A stretch of DNA of 31,594 nucleotides from a virus. Taxonomy: Duplodnaviria; Caudoviricetes. The notes beneath the pieces were generated by a model, which ran no database searches, was not told where the DNA came from, and saw nothing but the letters and a program-made list of their open reading frames with translations. How positions within the stretch are numbered: the stretch's first letter is position 1; each line of letters opens with the position of its first letter. Location of the stretch: IMG/VR virus record IMGVR_UViG_3300021080_000004, positions 1 through 31,594 of that record. One strand, given 5' to 3'. This document shows, piece by piece, positions 1-8,024 of the stretch. A program made the position numbers and the translations under genes.

Positions 1-2
1 CG

Positions 3-197
3 CTCACGGCGAATGCGTTTGTGTTTGTGGCGGCCGACGTCGGCGTCGGGATCCACAACATCGTGCTGCAGGCGCGGATCGATCTGGGCGGCAGCGCGCA
101 AGCGGGGGAGACCAATGCGCTCGCCCTGGTGGGCAAGGGGGCGCTCGAGGTCGAGGACGTGCGGCTGATCCGGAACGGGGTGATCGATCTGTCGTGA
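3..197 (+). CDS. 3' end of hypothetical protein (truncated by window start)
   Basis: Open frame LTANAFVFVAADVGVG...VIDLS* with GC-rich third positions; its TGA overlaps the next GTG (GTGA at 194-197). Confidence 0.7.
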   Translation, partial: LTANAFVFVAADVGVGIHNIVLQARIDLGGSAQAGETNALALVGKGALEVEDVRLIRNGVIDLS

Positions 198-421
198 CGC
201 GCGACGAGCTCCGCGTCGGCGATACCCGCTACGTCGCGATCAATTCGTGGGCGGGCCTGAGCCTGCATCTTGTGCTCATCGAGAAGGTCTGTGCCGTGCG
301 GGTGAAGGTGTGCTGGTGTGACGCGCCCGCGTTCGGGCGAGTGCAGGGACAGTGCTACTACGTGCCGCCGTCGGCGCTGCGGCGGTCGCGGTCGCTGTTC
401 GATTGGGAGCCAATGAAATGA
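194..421 (+). CDS. hypothetical protein
   Basis: 75 aa ORF coupled to neighbours at both ends (GTGA, ATGA). Confidence 0.65.
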   Translation: MTRDELRVGDTRYVAINSWAGLSLHLVLIEKVCAVRVKVCWCDAPAFGRVQGQCYYVPPSALRRSRSLFDWEPMK

Positions 422-603
422 AGCGGGCCCCGCACCTGAGGGAGAACTGGATCCTCCTGACCGACGCGCAGGCGCGGCGCCTCGTCCAGGGCGACGTGCC
501 GGCGAAGGTGCGCGAGACGCTGCGGCGGATGTTGGAGTGGCGGGCTGACGATCTGCGAACGTGGCATCGCGACGAACGCGGCGACGGCCGGAGGCGCGCA
601 TGA
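418..603 (+). CDS. hypothetical protein
   Basis: ATG at 418 overlaps the upstream stop; its stop overlaps the ATG at 600. Confidence 0.6.
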   Translation: MKRAPHLRENWILLTDAQARRLVQGDVPAKVRETLRRMLEWRADDLRTWHRDERGDGRRRA

Positions 604-2297
604 AGCTCCACCTGGCGAAGGATCTCGCGCTGCCGCTCGACGCCGTCACGCAGACGTTCGCGATCTTCGGAAAACGAGGAAGCGGTAAGAGTAATGGCGC
701 GACCGTGCTCGTCGAAGAGCTCCTGACCGCCAACCTCCCGATCGTCGTGCTCGACCCCGTCGATGCGTGGTGGGGCCTGAAAGCCAGCTTCAACGGCAAA
801 GGGCCCGGCTTCCCGGTCTACGTCTTCGGCGGGCCGCACGGCGACCTCCCGCTCGAATCGACCGCGGGCGCGCTCATCGCGGACATGGTGGCAAAGGAGC
901 ATCTCTCGGTCGTGCTGTCGATGAAGGAATGGGGCGTGGCGGAGCGCGCGCGCTTCGTGACCGACTTCGCGAAGCGCCTGCTCCAGGTGAACACCGAGCC
1001 GGTCCACATGGTGCTCGAGGAAGCCGACGCCTTCATTCCCCAGCGGCCGGCCAAGGGTGAAGAAGCGATGCTCGGCGCGATGGACCGGCTCGTGCGCTGG
1101 GGGCGGCAGAGCGGCGTCGGCTGCACGATCGTGACGCAACGTTCGGCCAAGGTGAACAAGGACGTCACCACGCAGGCCGAGACGCTCATCGCGTTCCGGA
1201 CGACCGGGCCGCAGGACCGCGAGGCGATCGATGCGTGGATCAAGTATCACGCGGGCGACGAGAAGCGCCAGGAGGTGCTCGAGACGTTGCCGACGTTGCC
1301 GAACGGGACGGCGTGGGTGTGGAGCCCGGAATGGCTCGGCGTGCTGAAGCAGGTCGCGGTTCGCCGGCGGCAGACGTTCGATTCCGCGGCGACGCCGAAG
1401 GTCGGACAGAAACCGGTGCAGCCGAAGAAGCTGGCGGCGGTCGACCTCGAGCGGCTGCGGACGCAGATGGCGGAGACGGTGGAGAAGGCGAAGGCGGACG
1501 ACCCGCGCGAGCTCCGGAAGACGATCGCGGAACTGCGGAAGGAATTGGCCGGCGCGCAACAAAAAGTTGCGGATCCGCAACAGAAAGTTGCGCGGCGCGT
1601 CGAGGTCCCGGTCCTGAAGGACAGCCAGGTCAAGCGCCTCGAAACCGTGCTCACGCGCATGACGGCGGAAGCGAACCGCCACGGCAAGGCGATGGCGTTG
1701 TTCTGGGGCAACCTCGACGAGGTCTCGCTCGCGCTGCTCAACGCGATGCGCTCGGTCGCGGCTGGGCCGACACCGCCGCCACCGGTGCCGCGGCCGCAGC
1801 TCGTGACGCCGGCACCCAGGCGGTCGCCGGTCGCTCGTGCCAATGCCGCCGACAACGGCTTCGACGGGACCGCCCTCCGCATCATCGACACCATCGCGAT
1901 GCTCAACATCCGCGGCATCGACCCGAACCGCGAGGCCGTCGCTCGTTGGTTAGGGATCCACCCCAACGGCGGCCGGTACCTGTCCGCGCTCGCGTGGCTG
2001 CGCGCGAACGGCCATCTCGACGGCTTCCGGTTGACACCCGCCGGCATGACGCACGCGCACGAGCCGACGACCGGGCCCCAGGGCGTGCGGATGGCGCTCA
2101 AGGACGGCACGGCGCTCCGGAGCTTCGAGGTGCTCGTCGCCATCTATCCGAAAGCCCTGACGCGCGAGGCACTCGCAGAGGCCCTCGGGATTCATCCAAA
2201 CGGCGGCCGCTTCCTGAGCGGGCTGGCGTGGTTGCGGCAGATGGGCGTGATCACGGAGCGGTCGCCGATCAGTGTTACCGAGGGCGCGCTGCAATGA
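600..2297 (+). CDS. HerA/FtsK-superfamily P-loop ATPase (DUF87-like) with coiled coil and two C-terminal winged-helix-like repeats
   Basis: Walker A GKRGSGKS, VVLDP, Walker B MVLEEAD, GRQSG, TQR motif; start at ATG 600 (ATGA overlap, GGAGG upstream). Confidence 0.85.
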   Translation: MKLHLAKDLALPLDAVTQTFAIFGKRGSGKSNGATVLVEELLTANLPIVVLDPVDAWWGLKASFNGKGPGFPVYVFGGPHGDLPLESTAGALIADMVAKEHLSVVLSMKEWGVAERARFVTDFAKRLLQVNTEPVHMVLEEADAFIPQRPAKGEEAMLGAMDRLVRWGRQSGVGCTIVTQRSAKVNKDVTTQAETLIAFRTTGPQDREAIDAWIKYHAGDEKRQEVLETLPTLPNGTAWVWSPEWLGVLKQVAVRRRQTFDSAATPKVGQKPVQPKKLAAVDLERLRTQMAETVEKAKADDPRELRKTIAELRKELAGAQQKVADPQQKVARRVEVPVLKDSQVKRLETVLTRMTAEANRHGKAMALFWGNLDEVSLALLNAMRSVAAGPTPPPPVPRPQLVTPAPRRSPVARANAADNGFDGTALRIIDTIAMLNIRGIDPNREAVARWLGIHPNGGRYLSALAWLRANGHLDGFRLTPAGMTHAHEPTTGPQGVRMALKDGTALRSFEVLVAIYPKALTREALAEALGIHPNGGRFLSGLAWLRQMGVITERSPISVTEGALQ

Positions 2298-2340
2298 ACG
2301 AACGGGAGGCGGACGCGGCGGAGGGGGAGGCGACGCCCGC

Positions 2341-2568
2341 ATGAGGACCGGCATTTATCGCAAGCGGCGCACCGGCAACTTGTACCAGTTTTTGTTGCTG
2401 GCGCGGGAGCACTACACGGGCGAGCAGGCGGTTGTCTACATTCCCCTGCGGGTCGAACCGGAATGGGCCGGCACCGTTCGACCGTGCTACATCGCGCGCG
2501 GTGATTTTGAAAGTAAGTTCGAATACGTCGGGGAAGGGCTCCCGATGCCAGTTGAAGGGACGTCCTGA
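2341..2568 (+). CDS. DUF1653-like small protein
   Basis: MRTGIYRKRRTGNLYQFLLLAREHYTGEQAVVY resembles the GxYRHYKGxxYxVxxxAxHxETxExxVVY pattern; ends ...FESKFEY. Confidence 0.7.
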   Translation: MRTGIYRKRRTGNLYQFLLLAREHYTGEQAVVYIPLRVEPEWAGTVRPCYIARGDFESKFEYVGEGLPMPVEGTS

Positions 2569-2774
2569 TGCCCGGCGATCCCCGCCCCGCCGACGCGCCG
2601 CTGGACGAAACGTGGAACACCTGTTCGGACTGTTTTCGGAAGTGGAAGGATGCGGTGCCGACGCCTGGTGTCGTGCATCGCACGAAGCGCTGTGTGCCCT
2701 GTCAGCAGCTTCGTGACGATAGTCCAAAGTTTGATCGGTTCGGCTACTCCGGCGCGGACTACGAAGGAGATTGA
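2568..2774 (+). CDS. small Zn-finger-like protein
   Basis: Two CxxC motifs (CSDC, CVPC); TGATG coupling. Confidence 0.55.
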   Translation: MPGDPRPADAPLDETWNTCSDCFRKWKDAVPTPGVVHRTKRCVPCQQLRDDSPKFDRFGYSGADYEGD

Positions 2775-3580
2775 TGGCTGACGATCCGTCCGCCGGCGCG
2801 GGATCCGCCCCCGCCCCGTCTGATTGCATGTCGTTGGAAGAGGCGGCGCGGACGGTGCTGACGACATTTCAGCGCGACGAAGCCGCTGGTTATCGGAGTC
2901 GCGATCGACAATTTGCTATTGAACTGCTCGGCGCGGCGTTTGCGAACATGAGTTCACCCGGATCCCCCGCCCCAGCGGTCCGCGCAGGAGGAGTACATGA
3001 GAAAGAAGAAAGAAAGGAGGTGCCCTATGGACGGACGACCAACGAAAGATCACGAGTTGTTTCCGACCAAGCCCTAACCGGGGAGCAGCATCCGGATACA
3101 AACACTGCTGCGGTCGATGCCTTCGACGGCCCCGCCGCCGCCCGCCTAGATGCCGATAATTACTGGCTGAGCCGGGAGAACCGTGAGCTGCGCATCGCGA
3201 ACAAAGAGCTGCGCGCCGACGTCGCCCGCCTGACCGCTGAGCGAGATGAGTGGATTGCGCGCTTTAATAAGCTGCCGGAAATCGTGCAGCGTGCCGAAGA
3301 CCGCGGCCGACTCGGCGAACGACACACCGAGGCTGAACTAATTCACCGCGCCGAGCAGGCCGAGCAGCGGCTCGCCGCCCTCGTCTCCGCGCTGGGACAG
3401 ATGGCGACGCGATGGCAGGATCGCGAACGTGAGTGGCGGGCGCACGCCGCCGTCACGGAGTTGCGCGGGGCCAGCTCGGATTCATATGCCGCTGACTCGA
3501 AAGCGGCGATCTACGGCGGATGCGTGGAAGAACTCGCCGCGCTGCTCGCCGCCGCGCCGGAGCCGGAAGGCAAGCCGTAA
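2774..3580 (+). CDS. hypothetical coiled-coil protein
   Basis: ~268 aa ORF, GAAGGAG RBS, heptad-rich C-terminal half. Confidence 0.6.
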   Translation: MADDPSAGAGSAPAPSDCMSLEEAARTVLTTFQRDEAAGYRSRDRQFAIELLGAAFANMSSPGSPAPAVRAGGVHEKEERKEVPYGRTTNERSRVVSDQALTGEQHPDTNTAAVDAFDGPAAARLDADNYWLSRENRELRIANKELRADVARLTAERDEWIARFNKLPEIVQRAEDRGRLGERHTEAELIHRAEQAEQRLAALVSALGQMATRWQDREREWRAHAAVTELRGASSDSYAADSKAAIYGGCVEELAALLAAAPEPEGKP

Positions 3581-3793
3581 ATGTCGCGATGGTTCGAGCA
3601 GCATCGCCTGGAATGGATCGCCGAGACCCTGCGCGTGTTCGGCTTCATCAACCGCGAACACGTGCAGCGCAAGTTCGGACTGTCGAGGCCGCAGGCGTCG
3701 GCCGATCTCGCCGCGTTCATGCGCGCCCATCCACGAGCGATGACGTACGACCTGTCAGCCAAACGATACGTCGCCAAGAAAGGGATTCGATGA
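3581..3793 (+). CDS. stand-alone winged-HTH resembling the N-terminal DNA-binding domain of CapW/BrxR WYL regulators
   Basis: RLEWI...GFINREHVQRKFGLSRPQASADLAAFMRAHPRAMTYDLSAKRY; 70 aa with no WYL domain. Confidence 0.7.
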   Translation: MSRWFEQHRLEWIAETLRVFGFINREHVQRKFGLSRPQASADLAAFMRAHPRAMTYDLSAKRYVAKKGIR

Positions 3794-4011
3794 GCGCGCG
3801 TGTCGATTTCGAGCAGCGATTCGAGAGGGCCCTGCGGCGCATTCTCGCGTACATGACACCCGCGCAACTCCGGCGACGCTGCGAAAAGGAGTACGGCCTG
3901 TCCTACGAGGAAGCCCTTGAGATGACCTACAAGAACATCCAAGGCGAAGCGCGTGCAGGATTGTCAGGGGTTCGTCGGAAGAATCGGCGCAAGGAACCAA
4001 CGGAGCCATAG
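3790..4011 (+). CDS. hypothetical protein
   Basis: ATGA overlap at 3790; MSARVDFEQRFERALRRILAY... Confidence 0.65.
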   Translation: MSARVDFEQRFERALRRILAYMTPAQLRRRCEKEYGLSYEEALEMTYKNIQGEARAGLSGVRRKNRRKEPTEP

Positions 4012-4356
4012 ATGGAGACGCAAACCTTCTGGCTCTCGTTCTTCGATCCGGACCTGCCGAAGGGGGAACAATTCCTCGGAGTCGCGATCGTCGATGTCAC
4101 CACTGACGACGCCGAGGCTGTCCGTGCGGAACTGGGGCGGATACGCGCCATGAACGGCTTACGGCCGCCAGAGGCCGAGGCGATCTGGATAGCGGCGGCG
4201 ATCCGCAAAGCGCACGCGATGGCCTGCAATCCCGGCGGGGAGGTGGCCGCGATCCGCATCGACGACGCGCCGCAGTTTGCCGACATGGACGCGAACTGCC
4301 CGCGCGATCGCGTGTTGTCCGAAGCGCAACTGCGAACCCTGGGCCATCTGGAATGA
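4012..4356 (+). CDS. hypothetical protein
   Basis: 114 aa ORF abutting both neighbours. Confidence 0.7.
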   Translation: METQTFWLSFFDPDLPKGEQFLGVAIVDVTTDDAEAVRAELGRIRAMNGLRPPEAEAIWIAAAIRKAHAMACNPGGEVAAIRIDDAPQFADMDANCPRDRVLSEAQLRTLGHLE

Positions 4357-4799
4357 ACAAGTACACGAAGCTCCCGGGCACACCGAAGCCCAGACGCCGC
4401 CCGCCCCTCGACACCGAGTGGACCCCGCGCACGATCGAGCAGCCCGAGCTCCAGGCCGCCGTCCTCGACCTCCTGGCCGCCGGCCCGCTTCCGAAGCGCG
4501 TCATCCGCGAGACGCTGCACGTCCAGGAACACCACCTCGGGAAAGCCATTGACGCGTTGAAAGCGGCCAAAGAGATCAAGATGGTGGGGCACCGCCAGGT
4601 GAAGTTGATGTGGGCCCTGCGGTCGTATGTCGAACCGCCGATGGTGCACGCTCGCCCGTTCGAGGACGTCGCCTCAGCTCGCAAGGCCAAGCAGGCGCCC
4701 ACGACGTCCTGGTGGCTGGAAGCCCCGCGGGACCGCTGGACGACCGTTGTGGATGAGCGCTGGCGACGTGTGCAAAGCGGGACAGTCGCCCAGCCCTGA
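4353..4799 (+). CDS. putative winged-helix DNA-binding protein
   Basis: AVLDLLAAGPLPKRVIRETL...LGKAIDALKAAKEI pattern; ATGA overlap. Confidence 0.5.
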   Translation: MNKYTKLPGTPKPRRRPPLDTEWTPRTIEQPELQAAVLDLLAAGPLPKRVIRETLHVQEHHLGKAIDALKAAKEIKMVGHRQVKLMWALRSYVEPPMVHARPFEDVASARKAKQAPTTSWWLEAPRDRWTTVVDERWRRVQSGTVAQP

Positions 4800-4881
4800 C
4801 CCCTGCTACGCTCCCGTCAATCCCCTGCCGTTCCAGAGCCCCTCGCAGGAGGCTCAGCTAACCCCCCTAGAATCGTCAGTT

Positions 4882-4924
4882 GTGGTTGCCCAGCATTGGG
4901 GGGCGACCGCTCTAACCTTTTTTT
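4882..4924 (+). terminator. possible intrinsic terminator
   Basis: GTGGTTGCCC/GGGCGACCGC stem (with G-U pairs) followed after 7 nt by T7; the spacing is atypical. Confidence 0.3.
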
Positions 4925-4936
4925 GAGGGTATTGCT

Positions 4937-5269
4937 TTGGGCGCATCTGATAGAGATTCTGAGGGACCCGTGTGGCGGGCCGAGCGCCGGGGCCCTGGTC
5001 GCGTCACGGACGTCCCCGACAACGTGCTCAAGGCACGCTTCTGTCCGCCTGACCTCGCCGTGGGTCAGACGTTCCGCGTGAAGGCGCTGGGTGAGGCCTT
5101 CTTCCAGCTTTCCAAGCTCGTCAAGTACAACAGCCCGCACTGTCGGGAGCGCTCGAACTCCTTCGCCCGCCTCGAGGAAGCGTTCGCCTGGGCCGAGAAG
5201 GCCATCGCGCAGGAACTGGCGCCCGACGGGGGGTCCCTGACCGCGGACGCCGAACCGGACCGTCCGTGA
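4937..5269 (+). CDS. Acb2/Tad1-like hairpin protein (candidate anti-defence nucleotide sponge)
   Basis: SPHCRERSNSFARLEEAFAWAEKAIA resembles the P-x-S/C-R-E-x-S-x-A-x-T-x-L-E-E-A-x-x-W-A-x-x-A-I-A pattern; start uncertain (TTG 4937 or GTG 4970). Confidence 0.55.
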   Translation: MGASDRDSEGPVWRAERRGPGRVTDVPDNVLKARFCPPDLAVGQTFRVKALGEAFFQLSKLVKYNSPHCRERSNSFARLEEAFAWAEKAIAQELAPDGGSLTADAEPDRP

Positions 5270-5273
5270 GTCG

Positions 5274-5789
5274 GTGAGTGGGGCCAGTCCGCACGGGATT
5301 CGCCGTTCGTATGCCGCCGGGTGTCGATGTCAGCCCTGTTGTCGGTCCAACACGACCTATCTTCGCGCGCGCCGCCACGCGCGGGCCCTCGGCACGTGGC
5401 ACGGGTGCATCGCCGCGACGGCGGTGCGCGCCTACTTGCTCCGCCTGCAGCATCTCGGGCTCGGCTCGAGGCGCGTGGCGATCCTGGCCGGCCTGACCCG
5501 GCAACAGGTGCTGAATATCCGTCGCCGACGGCCGCGCATGCGCTGGGTGCACTGGTCGACGGCCGCCAAGATCCTGGCGGTCCCGCTCGCGCCGGCGCTC
5601 GGCGCGACGCGCTCGGCCGCCGCCACCGTGCGCCTCATTCGCGACCTCCGGCGCGAACGCTACACGCTGGCACACATCGCGCGCGAGCTCGGGCACCGCG
5701 CGCGCCTGCCGCATCTGCAACTCGGCGATCGCGTCACGCTGCGCACCGAACTGAAGATGCGTCGGTTGCACCGGAAAGTTCTCGAATGA
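5274..5789 (+). CDS. Zn-binding plus HTH phage protein
   Basis: HG...Y..GCRCxxC motif followed by HTH-like segments (LGSRRVAILAGL; YTLAHIARELG). Confidence 0.6.
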   Translation: MSGASPHGIRRSYAAGCRCQPCCRSNTTYLRARRHARALGTWHGCIAATAVRAYLLRLQHLGLGSRRVAILAGLTRQQVLNIRRRRPRMRWVHWSTAAKILAVPLAPALGATRSAAATVRLIRDLRRERYTLAHIARELGHRARLPHLQLGDRVTLRTELKMRRLHRKVLE

Positions 5790-5804
5790 CACGCTACCTG
5801 CGGA

Positions 5805-6128
5805 ATGCCGACATACAGAAATGCCGCCGGGACCGGCTGGCAGCGAGGGCGATCGTGGACCGAGGCGGAGCTCGACGCCGTCTTGGCATCCCTTCCCGAC
5901 AGATTCTTCCCAGCGGCGATGGATGGGGCCATGGCCGCGTACGGCTACTCGTATTACGACGGGCGGTCGTGCTGGACCGCCTTGATCGCGACCGGACGCA
6001 TCGAGCACACCAAGATCGGATGCGTGTCCGGTCACCGGCATCGCGAGCACTGGTGGATGCGCGTGTCGCGCATCGTCACGGCAAGGGACGTGCGGGCCTT
6101 CGTCCACGAGGCGGGGGCCGGGTGGTGA
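5805..6128 (+). CDS. hypothetical protein
   Basis: 107 aa; codon usage better than the overlapping Arg-rich frame. Confidence 0.5.
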   Translation: MPTYRNAAGTGWQRGRSWTEAELDAVLASLPDRFFPAAMDGAMAAYGYSYYDGRSCWTALIATGRIEHTKIGCVSGHRHREHWWMRVSRIVTARDVRAFVHEAGAGW

Positions 6129-6129
6129 C

Positions 6130-6399
6130 GTGAGCCGGCGCGGGTCGGAGATTCGGTGGATGCGGCTGTCGGCCATTCTCGTGTCGGTCGAACGGTCGAT
6201 GGAGGCGGCGTCGCGGCTCGATGCCCACGCGTCGGTGTGTCCGGCCATCGGGGACGACCACGAGGGGCTGCTCGATTTCAATGCGCGACTGACGTTCCTC
6301 GAGCAGCGGATTGATCGCGAACTCGACGTGCTGACGGCGGAGGGCTTGCGCGCCGACTTGGCGGAGAAACAACTCGCGATGACCAAGGGAGCGGCATGA
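6130..6399 (+). CDS. hypothetical protein
   Basis: 89 aa, GTG start, ATGA overlap with the next gene. Confidence 0.55.
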   Translation: MSRRGSEIRWMRLSAILVSVERSMEAASRLDAHASVCPAIGDDHEGLLDFNARLTFLEQRIDRELDVLTAEGLRADLAEKQLAMTKGAA

Positions 6400-6584
6400 C
6401 GGACACGCCGTGGATTTCGATCATGCGGGCGTGCGAGGTGGCCGGCGTCTCGCGTCGCACGATTTACAACTGGCTGGCGAGTGGGAAGATCGAATACGTG
6501 CGGACCGCAGGCGGAGCCGTGCGGATTGATCCTGCGACGCTCTTTCGGCCGCCTGAGCAACCACGGGAATGGAGTCCGAAATGA
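6396..6584 (+). CDS. excisionase/MerR-like HTH (HTH_17-type) DNA-binding protein
   Basis: ISIMRACEVAGVSRRTIYNWLASGKIEYVRTAGGAVRI. Confidence 0.85.
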   Translation: MTDTPWISIMRACEVAGVSRRTIYNWLASGKIEYVRTAGGAVRIDPATLFRPPEQPREWSPK

Positions 6585-6841
6585 AGCGGTTCGCGCTGCT
6601 GTACCTCTTGGCGCTGAGCCTGTTGACGCCGGTGTACGAACAGCATCGGGACGAGCCGCCAGCTGGCTGGTTCTGCCAGCCGGCCGGGAAGGACGTGCTC
6701 CCCGACCACGTCTGCGCGTGCAAGCGCATGGACCATTCAGAGGATTGCGACGAACCGCCGATTGAGGACAGCACGTGTGCCGTGTTCTGTCATCCGAAGC
6801 ACTGCAAGTGCAAGATTATCTGTGATCCGAGGCAGCACTGA
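6581..6841 (+). CDS. small Cys-rich protein with N-terminal signal peptide
   Basis: MKRFALLYLLALSLL hydrophobic leader; 9 Cys in the C-terminal ~55 aa; ATGA overlap and GGAG RBS. Confidence 0.6.
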   Translation: MKRFALLYLLALSLLTPVYEQHRDEPPAGWFCQPAGKDVLPDHVCACKRMDHSEDCDEPPIEDSTCAVFCHPKHCKCKIICDPRQH

Positions 6842-6845
6842 GCGG

Positions 6846-6974
6846 ATGCGGCGCTGGCGGGCCCGGCATCGCGCCGCCGACCGCTGTTGGTGTGGCCGAG
6901 TCCGTGAGCCACGGTGGAAATGTTGTCGGCGGTGTCGCCTGGCGCAGAACGCGCGGTACCGAGCCAGGCAATGA
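6846..6974 (+). CDS. small Arg/Cys-rich protein
   Basis: 42 aa MRRWRARHRAADRCWCG...CCRRC; no clear RBS. Confidence 0.35.
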   Translation: MRRWRARHRAADRCWCGRVREPRWKCCRRCRLAQNARYRARQ

Positions 6975-7058
6975 CGGTGGCTCCCTTAATGGTCCAAGCC
7001 GACTTGGAGCATCGCGTGAACACGATACAGGGGGCGAAATCATTGCCTGGCTTGATAC
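6956..7058. other. candidate structured RNA / multi-stem inverted repeat
   Basis: Perfect 13-bp inverted repeat AGCCAGGCAATGA (6962-6974) / TCATTGCCTGGCT (7040-7052) enclosing GCTCCCT/AGGGGGC, TCCAAG-ccga-CTTGGA and ATCG..CGAT stems. Confidence 0.5.
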
Positions 7059-7077
7059 GGGTTGAGACGGGTCGACC

Positions 7078-7254
7078 ATGAAGGCCCCGCTCCCGATCTG
7101 CCCGTTCTGTTTTCAACGCGGGCGACACGCCTCGGCGCGGGAGTGTCTGAACGCCCTGACGCGTGACGTCAGGCGTCCGTATGAGCGCAGCCGACGCGCC
7201 CACGCCCGCGCCGCCCAACGCGCCGCGAAGCTGAAAGGAGACCTGCAGCCATGA
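7078..7254 (+). CDS. small Zn-knuckle-like protein (not in ORF track)
   Basis: 58 aa MKAPLPICPFCFQRGRHASARECL... with C-x2-C-x5-H-x5-C; its stop overlaps the next ATG. Confidence 0.5.
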   Translation: MKAPLPICPFCFQRGRHASARECLNALTRDVRRPYERSRRAHARAAQRAAKLKGDLQP

Positions 7255-7664
7255 TGACGCGACGGGGATTCCTCGGACGGATTGCCGCCGGCGTGGCGGC
7301 GGCCGCGGTGGCCGGGACGGAGTTCGACCTCGAGCGGGCGCTCTGGGTGCCGGGGGCGAAGACGATTTTCCTACCAGAGCCGGTCGTGGCGCCGACGCCC
7401 GCGATGATCGCGGCCATCACGGCCCCGAATCCGTCGCTGTTCGGTGGGCACGTGTGGACGCTGACCAACCTGAATGGCGAGTACGACTTTGATCATAAGT
7501 GGCACCTGATCGGTGGTCGGCGCTGCGGGAAGGTGCTGACGCAAGAACAACTCGAAGACGCACAGGTCGCGTTGTTCCCTGGAGTGCCGGATTCGTTCTT
7601 CGCCCAGCGCCTCGACATCAGGCGCACTGAGCCCGGCACGTACTACGGACGAAGGAGGGGCTGA
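7251..7664 (+). CDS. twin-arginine (Tat) signal-containing protein
   Basis: TRRGFLG followed by hydrophobic IAAGVAAAAVA; AAAGGAG RBS; coupled to tatA by TGATG. Confidence 0.75.
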   Translation: MMTRRGFLGRIAAGVAAAAVAGTEFDLERALWVPGAKTIFLPEPVVAPTPAMIAAITAPNPSLFGGHVWTLTNLNGEYDFDHKWHLIGGRRCGKVLTQEQLEDAQVALFPGVPDSFFAQRLDIRRTEPGTYYGRRRG

Positions 7665-7846
7665 TGTTCGGACCACTCGGACTCCCAGAGCTGTGCATCA
7701 TCGCAGCGGTCGCGCTCCTGATCTTCGGGCCGCGCCAGCTCCCGAAGATGGGCAAAGCGCTCGGCGAGACGATCCGCGAAGTGCGCGGCGTCGCGAAAGA
7801 ACTCCATGGAGAGGATGACGATGACGTCAGACAGCAAGGTCATTGA
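7664..7846 (+). CDS. tatA: twin-arginine translocase TatA/TatE family subunit
   Basis: MFGPLGLPELCIIAAVALLIFGPRQLPKMGKALGETIREVR: TM helix, FG hinge, amphipathic helix, acidic tail; AAGGAGG RBS. Confidence 0.9.
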   Translation: MFGPLGLPELCIIAAVALLIFGPRQLPKMGKALGETIREVRGVAKELHGEDDDDVRQQGH

Positions 7847-8024
7847 CGCCGGCCGCCGACTCGCCACGATCGTCCGCACGCTGGCGCTGACCGACCACGA
7901 GCGGGACGCCGCGTTCACCATCGCCAAAGAACTGCTCTACCTGGAATATCGGGTCCGCAGCGACGCGGAGTTCGCCGAACGCGTGAAGACACCGGCGAAT
8001 GGCGACGGCGAGGACGATGAATGA
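7821..8024 (+). CDS. hypothetical protein
   Basis: MTSDSKVIDAGRRL...; GAGGA upstream; stop overlaps the next ATG. Confidence 0.55.
   Translation: MTSDSKVIDAGRRLATIVRTLALTDHERDAAFTIAKELLYLEYRVRSDAEFAERVKTPANGDGEDDE

Noticed and set aside
6956-7058. tRNA or SRP RNA
   Set aside because: No T-loop GTTCGA, D-loop or CCA arrangement and no SRP GGAA-loop motif; kept only as a generic structure.
7590-7664. RLDI...YYG at the end of the first Tat protein as another capsid-like RLDVLYG motif
   Set aside because: Only three identical residues plus a gapped YG; indistinguishable from chance.
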